Below, piece by piece: positions 13,483-24,271 of a stretch of 64,000 nucleotides of DNA. The stretch spans positions 7,182,201 through 7,246,200 of the forward strand of contig NC_092670.1 of NCBI RefSeq assembly GCF_964355755.1, given 5' to 3'. The position numbers were made by a program, and so were the translations under genes. The notes under the pieces were generated by a model. It saw only the letters and a list, made by a program, of their open reading frames with translations. It was not told the DNA's origin and made no database searches. How positions within the stretch are numbered: position 1 is the stretch's first letter; the number at the start of each line of letters is the position of its first letter. Source of the DNA: Antedon mediterranea (lineage: Eukaryota > Animalia > Echinodermata).

Positions 13483-16400
13483 CTAATTGTTAACCGAGGA
13501 CTTGCAGTCCGCACATCGATATAAGTCGATGTCCAAGGCCTCAGATGGTGCAATATTCACACATGCACCGTGGTACCACACCTCGCAATAGTCACATTGT
13601 ATCATAAATGAGCCGGCCCAGGGCTGGCGACATAGACAATACAACGGTCCTGCATCCGGATCTGTAGGTGAAGAGAGAGGGGGTAAATGAAAATCAGCCA
13701 GCCATTTGGGAAGTTGTCGATCCCGACAGGGCTTCAGCTTATCATGATTTAACACCACCGTCTTATTTCTCAGCTGCACCTGAAATAAACAAGAGCTAAT
13801 AACGTTAGTAATAATACCGGGCCCCTTCCAGGGGGGACACAATTTCTTGCACTTCCCCCGAAGGGTAGCGTTGTCCAGAACGTGGACTTTGTCCCCACAT
13901 TGGTATGGACGTTCCAGCACTCGAAGGTCATAGTCCCGTTTCATTCTCTTCTGAGTCTGCTTTAGCGTATCCCTAGCGATGCCATGGGCATCACGGGTCG
14001 CTTTCACCAAATCTGCAACGTAGATAGCGGCTTCCTGCTCATCAGTGGACCGGCATTCTCCGAACATGAGATCAGCTGGTAAATTAACCTCTCGGCCCAG
14101 CATCAGCATGTTTGGAGTAATACCAGTCGAGCGGTTCACCGTGGCGCGTAGTGCACCAGCAATCTGCGGTAGATAGACATCCCAGTCTCGTTGTCTCTTC
14201 CCAACGAAGCATCGTACAGCATCCATAAGTGTGCGATTGAATCGCTCTACTTGACCATTAGCCGCCGGTCGGTAGCTTGTCGTCCGGGTCTTGTGGATCT
14301 GTAAAACTTTACATAAAGATGCAAACAATTCACTCTCAAAATTTCTCCCCTGGTCTGAGTGTAACTGAAAAGGTACACCGAATCTAGAGAAGAAGTCCCT
14401 TACTAGGGCTCTAGCGGTTACCTCCGCCACCTGAGACGGGAGCGGGCTGATCTCAACCCATTTTGTGAATTGGTCGACCATCATAAGAACGTAAATATTC
14501 CCCTGTTCAGTTTTTGGTAACGGGCCGAGGAAATCGATATGTACGCGTTCCATGGGAACGCCGGCCTGGAATTCAGTCAACCGGTGTCGACCTTGCCGAG
14601 TAGCCTTCTTGCTTCTATTACAAATATTGCAAGTCTGTACATACCTCTGTATATCCCCGCCCATACCGTACCAGAAAAACTTCTCCTTCAATTGGAACTT
14701 GGTCCGGGCGACCCCTTGATGACCCGCCGACGGCAAATCATGATGTAACCTAAAAGCTACGGCGTGTAGCTCCTTGGGCAACACAAGTAGTCGTCCGGTA
14801 CCCTCTGCTTGGTTGATGAACAGTATACCTGCTTCCGTGAGATGCAAGCGTTGCCTGTTCAGCCAGTAGTGTTTGGTGGCAGCGCTGGAGATAAACAGCT
14901 GATTCTCGGAGGGTTCCCCATTCCGCAACCAGTCCAGAACAGGTGCCAAATCAGGATCACTCGTTTGATGTTGCCGTAGCTCATCCAGTGAGTAACCCCA
15001 ACACTCGGCTCCCTTCGGCCGTAGCTGTACTGCAGCCACTCGTCCACCATCATCGTCCTGTAGGAAAGAAAACTGAATCGTACCGTTAGTAGCAGTCCGT
15101 GATACCTCTATACTTACTTGTCCACCGGGGTCCCAAGGAACATCGTCCCCTGGCAGAGTACCCTCCAGGTGGTCCACGGCTACCTGGTGTACGTGCGCGA
15201 TGGGCACAACGTCGTCCACTTCATCCTGGAACGCTGACCATCTCGCATCCGCTCGTTGACAGTACGAACAGCCCCCACAGGGAAGCCCTTCAAGCGCAGG
15301 CCGTTCGTGGCTACTGTCATGAGTTTCTGGTCGGCGAGAAAGAGCATCGGCGTTGCCATGGTGTTGCCCTCGGCGGTGTTCAATCAGCAGGTGGTACTGG
15401 CTCAGCTCCTCGATCCACCGAGCGAGTTGCCCCTGTGGTTGCTTGAAGTTGAGGAGCCAGGTCAGACTGTTGTGATCAGTCCGCACTCTAAAAGGTCTGC
15501 CTAGAAGGTAGTGCCTAAAATGCCTTGTCATGAACACAATTGCTAGCAACTCCTTGCGTGTAGTGCAATAGTTCCGTTGTTCATGAGTTAGACGAGCACT
15601 TGCGTATGCAATTACATTCTCCTTACATCCTGCACCTGGAGCAGCTCGCCTCCTAGCGCTTGATCCAAAGCGTCGACATCCAGATTAAATTCATCAGTCC
15701 CGTTCGGCAAGGCGAGTAGAGGAGGTTGAACGAGAGCAGCTTTCAGGTCGGTGAACGCTTGTTGTTGTTCCTCATCCCAGTGAAACTTCACCTCTTTTTT
15801 AGTGAGTTCATATAGAGGTGCAGCTAAACCAGCAAAGTTCTCAATGAACTCTCTATGGTAATTAGCCAACCCCAAGAACTGCTGTACTTCTCTCAGATTG
15901 GTAGGTGTCGGCCAGTCTTGAACAGCCTTTATATCCGAATCGGACACCGCCACCGTATCCTCCCCAACGATTCGCCCTAAAAATTCAACCTGTTTCTGAA
16001 AGAAAACACACTTTTTAGGTTTAAGTTTAAAGTTGTTAACACGAAATCGCTGCAGAACCTGAGAGAGGTTGCTGAGATGATCGTCAAACGTTTTACCTAG
16101 CACGACAATATCATCGAGAAATGCCAATACCGTATCCCACGCCAATCCCCGCAGCACCAAACCCATGGCACGGGAGAAGGTTGCAGGACAATTGGTAAGA
16201 CCAAATGGCATTTTCACGAATTCATACAGGCCATGCTTGGTGATAAACGCTGTCTTCTTACGGTCTTCATCCTTCATCTTAATCTGCCAATACCCCCAAA
16301 TCGCGTCCAGTTTAGAAAACCAGATATTCCCCGACAGTGTGTCAAGGCAATCACGAATCAGAGGTAATGGATACGCATCTTTAGTCGTGATGTTGTTGAG

Positions 16401-17729
16401 AGCTCGATAGTCAATGCAAAAGCGCACAGAACCATCGCGCTTCCGGACCAACACAGGCGGTGATGCCCATTCGGACATGGATGGTTGAATAACACCAGCC
16501 TCCAACATCTTCTTTATCTCCTTTTCCTCCTCCCCCACAAAGCGCATAGGAGTATGGCGGAGCCGTTGCCTGATTGGTGAGGCATCTCCGGTGTCGATGC
16601 TGTGTTCAATATCACCAAAAGTGCCAATGTCGAACTGATGAGCGGCGAAGACATCCTGATAATCAACCAGTAGTTTAGTGAGCGCGTCAGCCTCTTCACT
16701 TGAGAGATTAGATCTCGAAGAGTCCAACATACCCACTAGGTGCGCCGGCACCCCCTCAGGTTGGTCACCGTCATCGTCCGCTTGATTCGACAAAGCATCC
16801 TCGGACGGAGTCACCCCCGTCTGGAACACACTCACCCCTTCAGCTTCCCTGGCCGTACCTATCTGTCTACCCTTTTTCATAGTAAGGTAGTGATCAGATG
16901 TGTTGATGACACAGATGCATGGCGCATCAGTGCGTAGATGTAAAGTTGCCGGTATCGCCACATCATCAGTAGTTGGAACTGGCTCTATAAAGAAATCAGG
17001 CATAGATAAATTGTTAGTCACAAGTTTACATTTAACATGAGCGGCTGAGTGAGGAGGAATTACTCTCCGTTTAGCCACCGTTACCTGGGCAACCCTAGGT
17101 TCCACCGGTGAATCCCCTCTTAGAGATATGGTACTGCCCCCAGTTGCCAAAAGCAAATTCCCACAATCGATAACGGCTCTCTGTGGATGAAGAAAATCAC
17201 CACCCAAGAGCATATCGTCATTGATGGGGGCAACATAAAAGAATTCATGGTACTCTTTGGTTCCCAATGTAAACTGTAGCGGCCCCACCTTCGACCCTGG
17301 CATAGATGTCCCCCTCCCTGCCAAAGTAAAGGACAGGGTGGACACCACAGGTGGTGCCGGATCTAGACTTTTATAAACCTTATCGGATAGTATGGTAAAA
17401 TCCGCTGCAGTATCCACGACTGCGTCAATTTTGGTACCATTGACAAAAGCAGTTGCATGCAACGCATTCAACGATTTTACCCTATTGATAACCATCCGGG
17501 TTTGAGTCTCTTCAGTTTTGGTTGTCGTCGGTGTAGATGATTCAATCAGCCCTGAGCTAATTGCAGATGGCTCAATGATCGTCACAGGATCCGGTGCTAC
17601 CCCCTCTGTACTTACAGGCTTGGCCATCGGGCCCAGCTTGGAGATAGTTGACGAACCATCCTCTTTCTGGCCAGCTTCCGGAACCGGGTTAGGTCGTCGG
17701 CCCTCTGACCCAACCCTTACTCGTTTAAC
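13483..17729 (-). pseudogene. pol: Gypsy pol (protease, RT, RNase H, integrase, C-terminal PHD finger) with one frameshift in RNase H
   Basis: AVVDTAADFT (aspartic protease); RFCIDYRALN, KMPFGLTN, AFLDDIVV (RT); HHDLPSAGH..CNIC, HIDFLGPL, HSDQG, VERFNRTL (integrase); YCLC..CDYCEVWYHGAC..CADC (PHD). A 1-nt deletion near 15626 turns the expected QDGKENVIAYAS into QDVRRM*, splitting the gene into ORFs 15612-17627 and 13483-15549. Confidence 0.93.
17686..17729 (-). promoter_or_regulatory. -1 programmed ribosomal frameshift signal at the gag-pol junction
   Basis: Slippery G-TTA-AAC (17729-17723), 6-nt spacer GAGTAA containing the gag stop, and a 10-bp stem GGGTTGGGTC / GACCTAACCC (17716-17686). 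The pol frame is -1 relative to gag and is open across the site. Confidence 0.75.
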
Positions 17730-19602
17730 GGATCCTGCTCATTGCCACTAACCTGACGCAAACGGCTCGCTAACCTTGGACACTCCCTATGGAAGTGTCC
17801 CACCTCCTTACATTCAAAGCAAGCCAGTTCGCCTGGTCTCAGGAAACGCATGAGCTGATCCAATTGATTCCGCATGGCGGCAATCTCCGTGTTCACGGTG
17901 TTCTCCACCCGTCCCAGATTGGTATTCAACGTCTGGAAATTACCCTCCACAGTAGCCAAACGGGCCTCCGTAGTAGGAGTATTGTTGGTGGGTGGCACCG
18001 ACGTCACAGAAAGAGGATGGTTCTGGCCGTCAGTAGGTGCGGGTTCCGGAGGAACCCAAGCTGGTGCTGGCCTTTGAAACGTTACACGGTTTCCCCTCAT
18101 AGGCCTCCCTCGCACCTGCTGAATGGACACCTCATCGCCAGTTTCACCCTCGGTATCGTCCTGGTCTTCTGAAGGTAGCTGAAAAGATAGTGGGGGTGCA
18201 AAAGAAGTACGGACCGTGGACCTAACATGAGGTTTCACGGTATCCTTAACCTTACTCTTACGTTTACTATATAGCCCCCTATAACTATCATATTTTTCAA
18301 ACTCCCTAATAGCTCTGGGAATAGTTGAACAGTGCTTGTGCATGACGTGCCTACCTACTTCCGCATCCCTGCACCCAATACAAAACCTAACTACGGCCTG
18401 CTCTTGGATCCACTCCTTGGGCAAATCCTTAAACGCCTTTCTAGTCAAGGTTAGCACTCTATCTCCCCATTCCTCTATAGTCTCTCCCTCATTTTGCGTA
18501 GCAGTCTCTAATTTAGCTTGGAGGACTGCGGGGAGCTCGTCCTCACTAAAACGTCGGTTAAAAGCTTTAATGATCTGCCTAAAGCCCAAATCAGCGTCCA
18601 TTTCTATCAGATTCACATAGAACTCAGCCGCCGCCCCGTCTAAACACCAAGTAAGGACGTCCTTACTTTCACGGTTTGTGAGTTCCTGCTCCTCTATAAA
18701 TGAAGCCAACCGCCACTTAAAAAAGGACCAGTTGTCTCCCCTCCCCCTAAACGTTAGAGACCTAGGTATATCTTTTTTACGCATCCTCCTCCGTTCTAAA
18801 AAACCCTGCCGGCCTTCATAGTGCCTGATTCTCGGGGTAGCCCTAAGACACTCCACTGCTGTCCTAGCCCCTGCACTATGTCTATCCGACTGTCTATCCG
18901 ACTCTCTACTCCTGCTACTATCAGTATCAGCACCATCCCCACTAAGGTCACTATCGCTGGCCGATGGAGATCGCCGGCGAGCCCTAGTTTTAGACCTAGC
19001 GGTTCTTCGTCCTCCCTAGAGCTAAAACACGAGTCTAAGGTTATTGGAGATGGCTTTTTGATGTAGCTCCTACGTTGTGTTGACCTACTCTTACTCCTAT
19101 CCTGGTCAGAACGCCCAGCGAAGGTGGATGGCGTATAAACCCTAAGCCCACCTTCGAGATAACGAGGATCTCTAGCAGGTCCTGTAGTATAATACGTACC
19201 TGGTACGTCTAATAAAGGAGTAGCCTGGGGCGATGAGAGGACGTGGTATCGACCACTATGGCCCCCGTCATTTTGCCCCCGGTATGCCCCTTCCATACCT
19301 ACAGATTGTGAGACCTGCGACCCCTTTCTGGCCGCTCTATTTTGCTTTTCCACTAGAGGTGACACGTTATCAATCATCTGGCCTACGCCTCCCCTTAAAC
19401 TCGGATTCGGCTGAAAATCCAGGTAGTCCACCAACCTGGCAGTACCAGCTACTCCGTGTATCTGATTAATATTAGAGGGCGTAATGTTGCCATGGGTAGC
19501 CCGCCATTTAATTATTCTAGTTGCTCGTTTCTTCCCTACATTAGGGACTCCATGAAGATCTTGCACTGGGCAAAAGTTAACTAGAACCTTATTAGACGAC
19601 AT
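17717..19602 (-). pseudogene. gag: Gag-like ORF with N-terminal helix-hairpin-helix domain, RS-rich linker, capsid-like region and CCHC zinc knuckle; one frameshift near 19000
   Basis: ORF 19602-18796 starts VLVNFCPVQDLHGVPNVGKKRATRIIKWRATHG (HhH). The -1 frame continues RSKTRARRRSPSASDSD into ORF 18856-17717 (FRGRGDNWSFF, QNEGETIEEW, CFECKEVGHFHREC). Confidence 0.85.
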
Positions 19603-20403
19603 GATCTAAAAATCGTCTCTCTTCTATTGGGTTGTTATGCTCCTAAATCTAGTTACAGTGTATGACAGATGTTATTAAGCAAAGAGTACGATACAAATTA
19701 AAATACCGCCAGACGTAATAAAAATTACAGGCCCAACAGTAGAATAAAATATCGTCAATGCAGTAACACACACACAATATTGCAAAATGGCTGTTGGAGA
19801 TGCAAATATAATAAAATATTTCACCAGCAAACCTGCAATGAGAAACAACTAGATTATCCAAAAAGACGTCAATACAGTTTAACAACACTTACCACTAAAC
19901 CTTCCCCCGATGCAAAGAAAGGAGAGCGATAATGCCACTGTGAGGTTAACACAATAATACCCACAGCCAGTATAATTTCTCAAGATGAAAAACCTGACTG
20001 ACGGACGAAAAAGATGTTATCAATAAAAAACAATCAAATTTAAAATTAGTGGTGCCACTCAGTTCAACGGCCACGCCTAGTATCCCACCAGGTGATACGG
20101 CCTAATAAACTGTCCACTAATACTTCAACTATAGCAAAATAAATACAACTCCCGGTACGCATCGACTACCCCGTTGATACGCTAATCAGCAAGTATCCAA
20201 ATGCCACAATACTGCGTGATTAACTTTACCGGTATGTTATACCTTCAATAAATATACCAACTTCAATAAACTAACAAATGCACCGTAGGTACAATAAGTT
20301 AATAGTTTCAGCAGAGGACGAAATACCTCGCAATCAACCCGATCACGTTAAGAATGCCAGCTGGCAATCAAGGCACCCGCCTCCCCACCAAAAATAAAGA
20401 TTA

Positions 20404-20416
20404 CCGAGCAGCTCCA
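20404..20416 (-). promoter_or_regulatory. Primer-binding site of the Gypsy element
   Basis: TGGAGCTGCTCGG one nucleotide inside the 5' LTR; TGG is complementary to tRNA CCA. The cognate tRNA was not identified. Confidence 0.7.
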
Positions 20417-20417
20417 A

Positions 20418-20715
20418 TGTTGTGATTTTAGGTCGGTGCTGGAATGGCCTGATAATGAAAGCTACTAGGCTTACCTTAACAGTCCCGCTTGTCCTAAATC
20501 ACACAAGTATCCGAAAGCAGTAAATCCAAATATATTGGTCAATTCCGGTTGCGTCCGTTTCTCCTTGGTTCCTGCTTCGAATAGACCGGTTCGGGCGGCG
20601 TCGAAGTCCCACGTTAACATTTGCATACCCCCTGTATGCAAATCAAGCTGTCGGGGCGACGCCCTCGTTCGGTCGGAGGGGTGGTCTGTTTACCCAGCGG
20701 GCGCCGTTCACAACA
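20418..20715 (-). repeat. 5' LTR (298 bp)
   Basis: Direct repeat of 12953-13250 with TG..CA ends. Confidence 0.96.
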
Positions 20716-22203
20716 ACAGCCAGCTTGCTGTACCATATATATTTACAGTTGAAGCTTGTTTAACTAATTTTTATGATAAAAATAAAACAAACATTTTTCA
20801 GGGAAAATGGTTGCAATACAAGCCTGAAATTGAGAACCTTCCAGCAGCACTGTACAAGTAGACAGAGGGGAAAAGCCAGCTTAGCCATTTTACAACACAA
20901 ACAAATGTTCTCTGTACTGTAGTAAGTCAAATATTTATTTTCTCTTTTTATAAGTTATAAGTAATGTGTTTTAATTACCATAGAAAGGTAGTATACTTAT
21001 TTGACTATGTCAAAGTAAGCAATTTCACTAGCCCAATTTTGCACTAAATATGCATGATCTATTTTTTCCAGATTTTCATACTTTGCTTTTACTTTTTTTA
21101 AAGATGTTGAGCTGATGAAGACTGGAACAGAGGTCACCCAAAGACAACAATGATAGACTCGGTATTGGAATATGATTGGATATTGCAGGAAAAATATTTC
21201 TGACTCTCCTGCTGCATTCGGCCAATATGTTCTTGTCCAGCTTGTAAAATATTGTATAATTTTTTTTGTATTATATGTACAGTATATTATTTTGTAAACA
21301 TAACATTCAATAAATAAAAAAAAACTACTACAACAGTACACAGGATAAATTCTTCAAATTTACTTACACTTCATAATTTTACTGTAAATATTACAGTGCA
21401 AAAGGAGTTAATAATATATATATATACAGTATATCTTATTGAATTCCTCTTCTTCTTCGTATTAGGAGCCAACTTCATATGTGAAGACTCTGCTCCTCCA
21501 ACTCTGTTTTGCTAGCTCTACTGTATTTGGTTGTGTATTATTGTTCTATTTAGTTATTCTTTTACAGAGAGAAACTGACTGCCTTATTTATTTATAATTA
21601 TTATTATTAATTATCATTATATTATCATTATATTATTATCCTGTATTGTTTTTTGTGTCAATTTGTCTACTAATTATCAATGTGTTGATTGTGGCAGTAA
21701 TTACGACAGCTATAGTCTTCTAAGATCGCTCACATCCATTACGAAGTGTCATTTTAATAGTATAGTAAGAAACGTTTCAATAAATTGTGAATGTTGCCAC
21801 TGTACGATACATTTTATGTTTCTCACTACTTGCTCTTATTGTTCAATCAATCAACCTAAAAAAAAAAGAAATTTGTGTCAAAATATCTGCATAAAATGTT
21901 TATTTGCATTCCGCAATTTGAACCTATTGCATTTGATACAGAAAATATTTTTAAAATATTGCATCAGTAAAACATCCAAAACAATATTTAGATTTTCTTT
22001 TTTTTTAAATTTTCACTGCCGAATAGATAGTTGAAATCTTTAAAAATTAAACCAATTCATCATGATTAAAACAAAAATACATCCCTTCTGGTGGTGGTCT
22101 ACTGTAGCCCTAGCTAGCAGTGTACTGCCTAGGCCTACTACACTCTACTTCTAGAGACAGAAGTAGGCAGCAGTTAGGCTACTCGAGACTGTCAGTGCTA
22201 GTA

Positions 22204-22228
22204 CTGTAGTAGTAGTAGTAGTAGTAGA
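22204..22228. repeat. (TAG)n microsatellite
   Basis: About 7 tandem TAG/GTA units. Confidence 0.8.
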
Positions 22229-23410
22229 AGACTAGTAGTACAGTAGCAGCAAATTCGGGCCTAGGCATAGCTAGGCCTCTCCTGTTACCGAAACAAAAAC
22301 TCACCTAAATGAATAAGATTCAACATCAAAGTTACCAACTGTAATTCTAACTTAGCATTCTGCTAGCTATAGTTTTCGTGTTTTTTTCAAGATTCGTCTC
22401 GCATCACTACTCGACTCTCTCGCACGCATGCATTGCTTTAGTTGTTGGCTGTTGATTTGGAAAGCATCATCATCCACACGATGTATCCATACAATATGAA
22501 TATTTATGAGCTAACTCAGGTCAAGGGTTAAATTAAACCGGAACACATTTGTCTTCCAGACAAATAGCTTCCGGTTGGTTAATTTTTGCATTAAATTGCG
22601 ATTTTCCCGTGTAAAAAATTAGTTTTTTCAATCCAAATTGAGGTCAAAGTGAATAACTTTTATGTGCAATTAAAATGGCCTATTCAACAAAAATATTGAA
22701 AAAAAAATTTTTTTCCAGGGGGACAATACATCTTTAAGGTATACTAATATTCTTCAGAACTCTAGATCAAATACTAACATTTATTTAAAAAAATATTTAT
22801 GTGGAATAAACTTGATTTGTTATCATGTTTAATTCAACTATGACGTAATCGCACCGCATATGACAATACAAATGACAGGGTAATGGTAAAGCATTATCAA
22901 GCATAATGTGTAAAGTTATAACATTACATAATAAGTAATGTATGCCTATTCGTTAAGCAGACATATATCTCAATCATTTGAGGTGCTGTATAGTGAACTA
23001 TAAATCACGAAGTAAACTGATTTAAAAACATTCAATTCTCGGTGCACTATTTATATTTCTCCATGATCATGTTTTGATAATACAACATCACATTTGTTTC
23101 ACTTATATCTCCTAGTATAATACCAAACCTAACTATTATCCTTACATGGTAGGCATACATGCAAAACACTAAGTTACTGTATCACTGGAGTGATATTTGA
23201 GTGTGTGGAAATACAGATCTGAGAATCTGGTATTTAAAACATTTCATAGAATGTAACTCCGAGTAACCCTTCAAAATAAACATATTGTTGCATGACTTCC
23301 TTGTACATATCGACCTTCTATTTCCTTCTTTATGATATTTTCTAAAGGATATTCAAACGAAACTCTTGATAGAATAAACAAGGAATCTACAAGTTCATAA
23401 AGCAGTAATA

Positions 23411-24165
23411 TATTTATATTAGTATTTCTTGGTTCAAATAGAATCCTACGTTATTCAAAAGTGTTTTGAAAGACTACGATTCAAAATAAACACAATGTAG
23501 GCCTATTACAAAGTATAATGCATTATTCTTTGTTATTAATCCTTTGAACCTCCTAGTACCTATTTAAACATATAAGATCAAGATAAACTTATATAAAGCA
23601 CTATTTCTACATGCATTGATTAGTTTCTTGTACAAACAAACAACTAGTTTTATATTTATTTAGTATTTCTTGGTTCAATTAATATAATCCTATATATCCA
23701 AAAAGTGTTTTGAAAGGCTAAAGATTCAAAATAAACAAGTCACAATGTATTGCAAAGTATAATGCATTATTCTTTGTTATTACTCTTTTGAACCTCCTAG
23801 CACCTATTAAAACATATAAGATCAAGATAAACGTATATAAAGCATTATTGAAACATGCATTGATTAGTTTCTTGTACAAACAAACAACTAGTTTTATATT
23901 TATTTATTATTTCTTGGTTCAAATTATAATCTTATATATCCAAAAAGTGTTTTGAAAGGATAAAGATTCAAAATAAACACGTCACAATGTATTGCAAAGT
24001 ATAATGCATTATTCATTGAACCAAATTCTAAAGTCTAAAATATAAAACTATTTGAGCATATTATTAATCCTTTGAACCCCCTGGTACTATTGAAACATAT
24101 CAGATCAAGAAAAACGTATATAAAGCACTATTTCTACATTTATTTATTAGTTCCTGGTACATACA
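23411..24165. repeat. Tandem repeat, about 240-bp unit x3
   Basis: Units start at about 23411, 23651 and 23895 (TATATTTAT..TATTTCTTGGTTCAA..AAAAGTGTTTTGAAAG..AGATCAAGATAAAC); the third unit has an insertion. Confidence 0.88.
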
Positions 24166-24271
24166 ACGTTGTGAACATTCCAAAAAGTTATAATGTTTGG
24201 AGATATTATTTTGAGTGAAACATTTTAGTTGTATCAGACGATACATACCTCGTGTTTACATTTACAGGAAA

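Larger units (their letters stand above)
12953..20715 (-). mobile_element. Ty3/Gypsy LTR retrotransposon, near full length, very recent insertion
   Basis: Two 298-bp LTRs, PBS, PPT, Gag with CCHC knuckle, and Pol in PR-RT-RH-IN order. Confidence 0.97.
10917..22733. mobile_element. Kolobok-like DNA transposon (defective) hosting nested elements
   Basis: TTAA at 10913-10916 and 22734-22737 flanks a perfect 13-bp TIR AGATGTATTGTCC / GGACAATACATCT, with further subterminal inverted similarity (TTGAATAG.CC.TTTT...ACATAAA.GT.ATTCACTT). TTAA TSD plus RR..YY termini fits Kolobok. No intact transposase seen. Confidence 0.75.

Noticed and set aside
18796-19602. Bacterial comEA contamination or horizontal transfer
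   Set aside because: The HhH ORF lies between the LTRs and joins Gag via a 1-nt frameshift; the surrounding DNA is clearly eukaryotic.
13070-20861. Duplicated ORFs MVNSGCVRFS.. at 13070 and 20535, and + strand ORFs over gag/pol
   Set aside because: LTR read-through and antisense shadows of GC-richer coding DNA; no domains recognised.
20740-21345. Coding remnants of Kolobok genes (ORF 20997-21341 and exon-like pieces)
   Set aside because: No recognisable transposase or KolX motif in the frames I translated.
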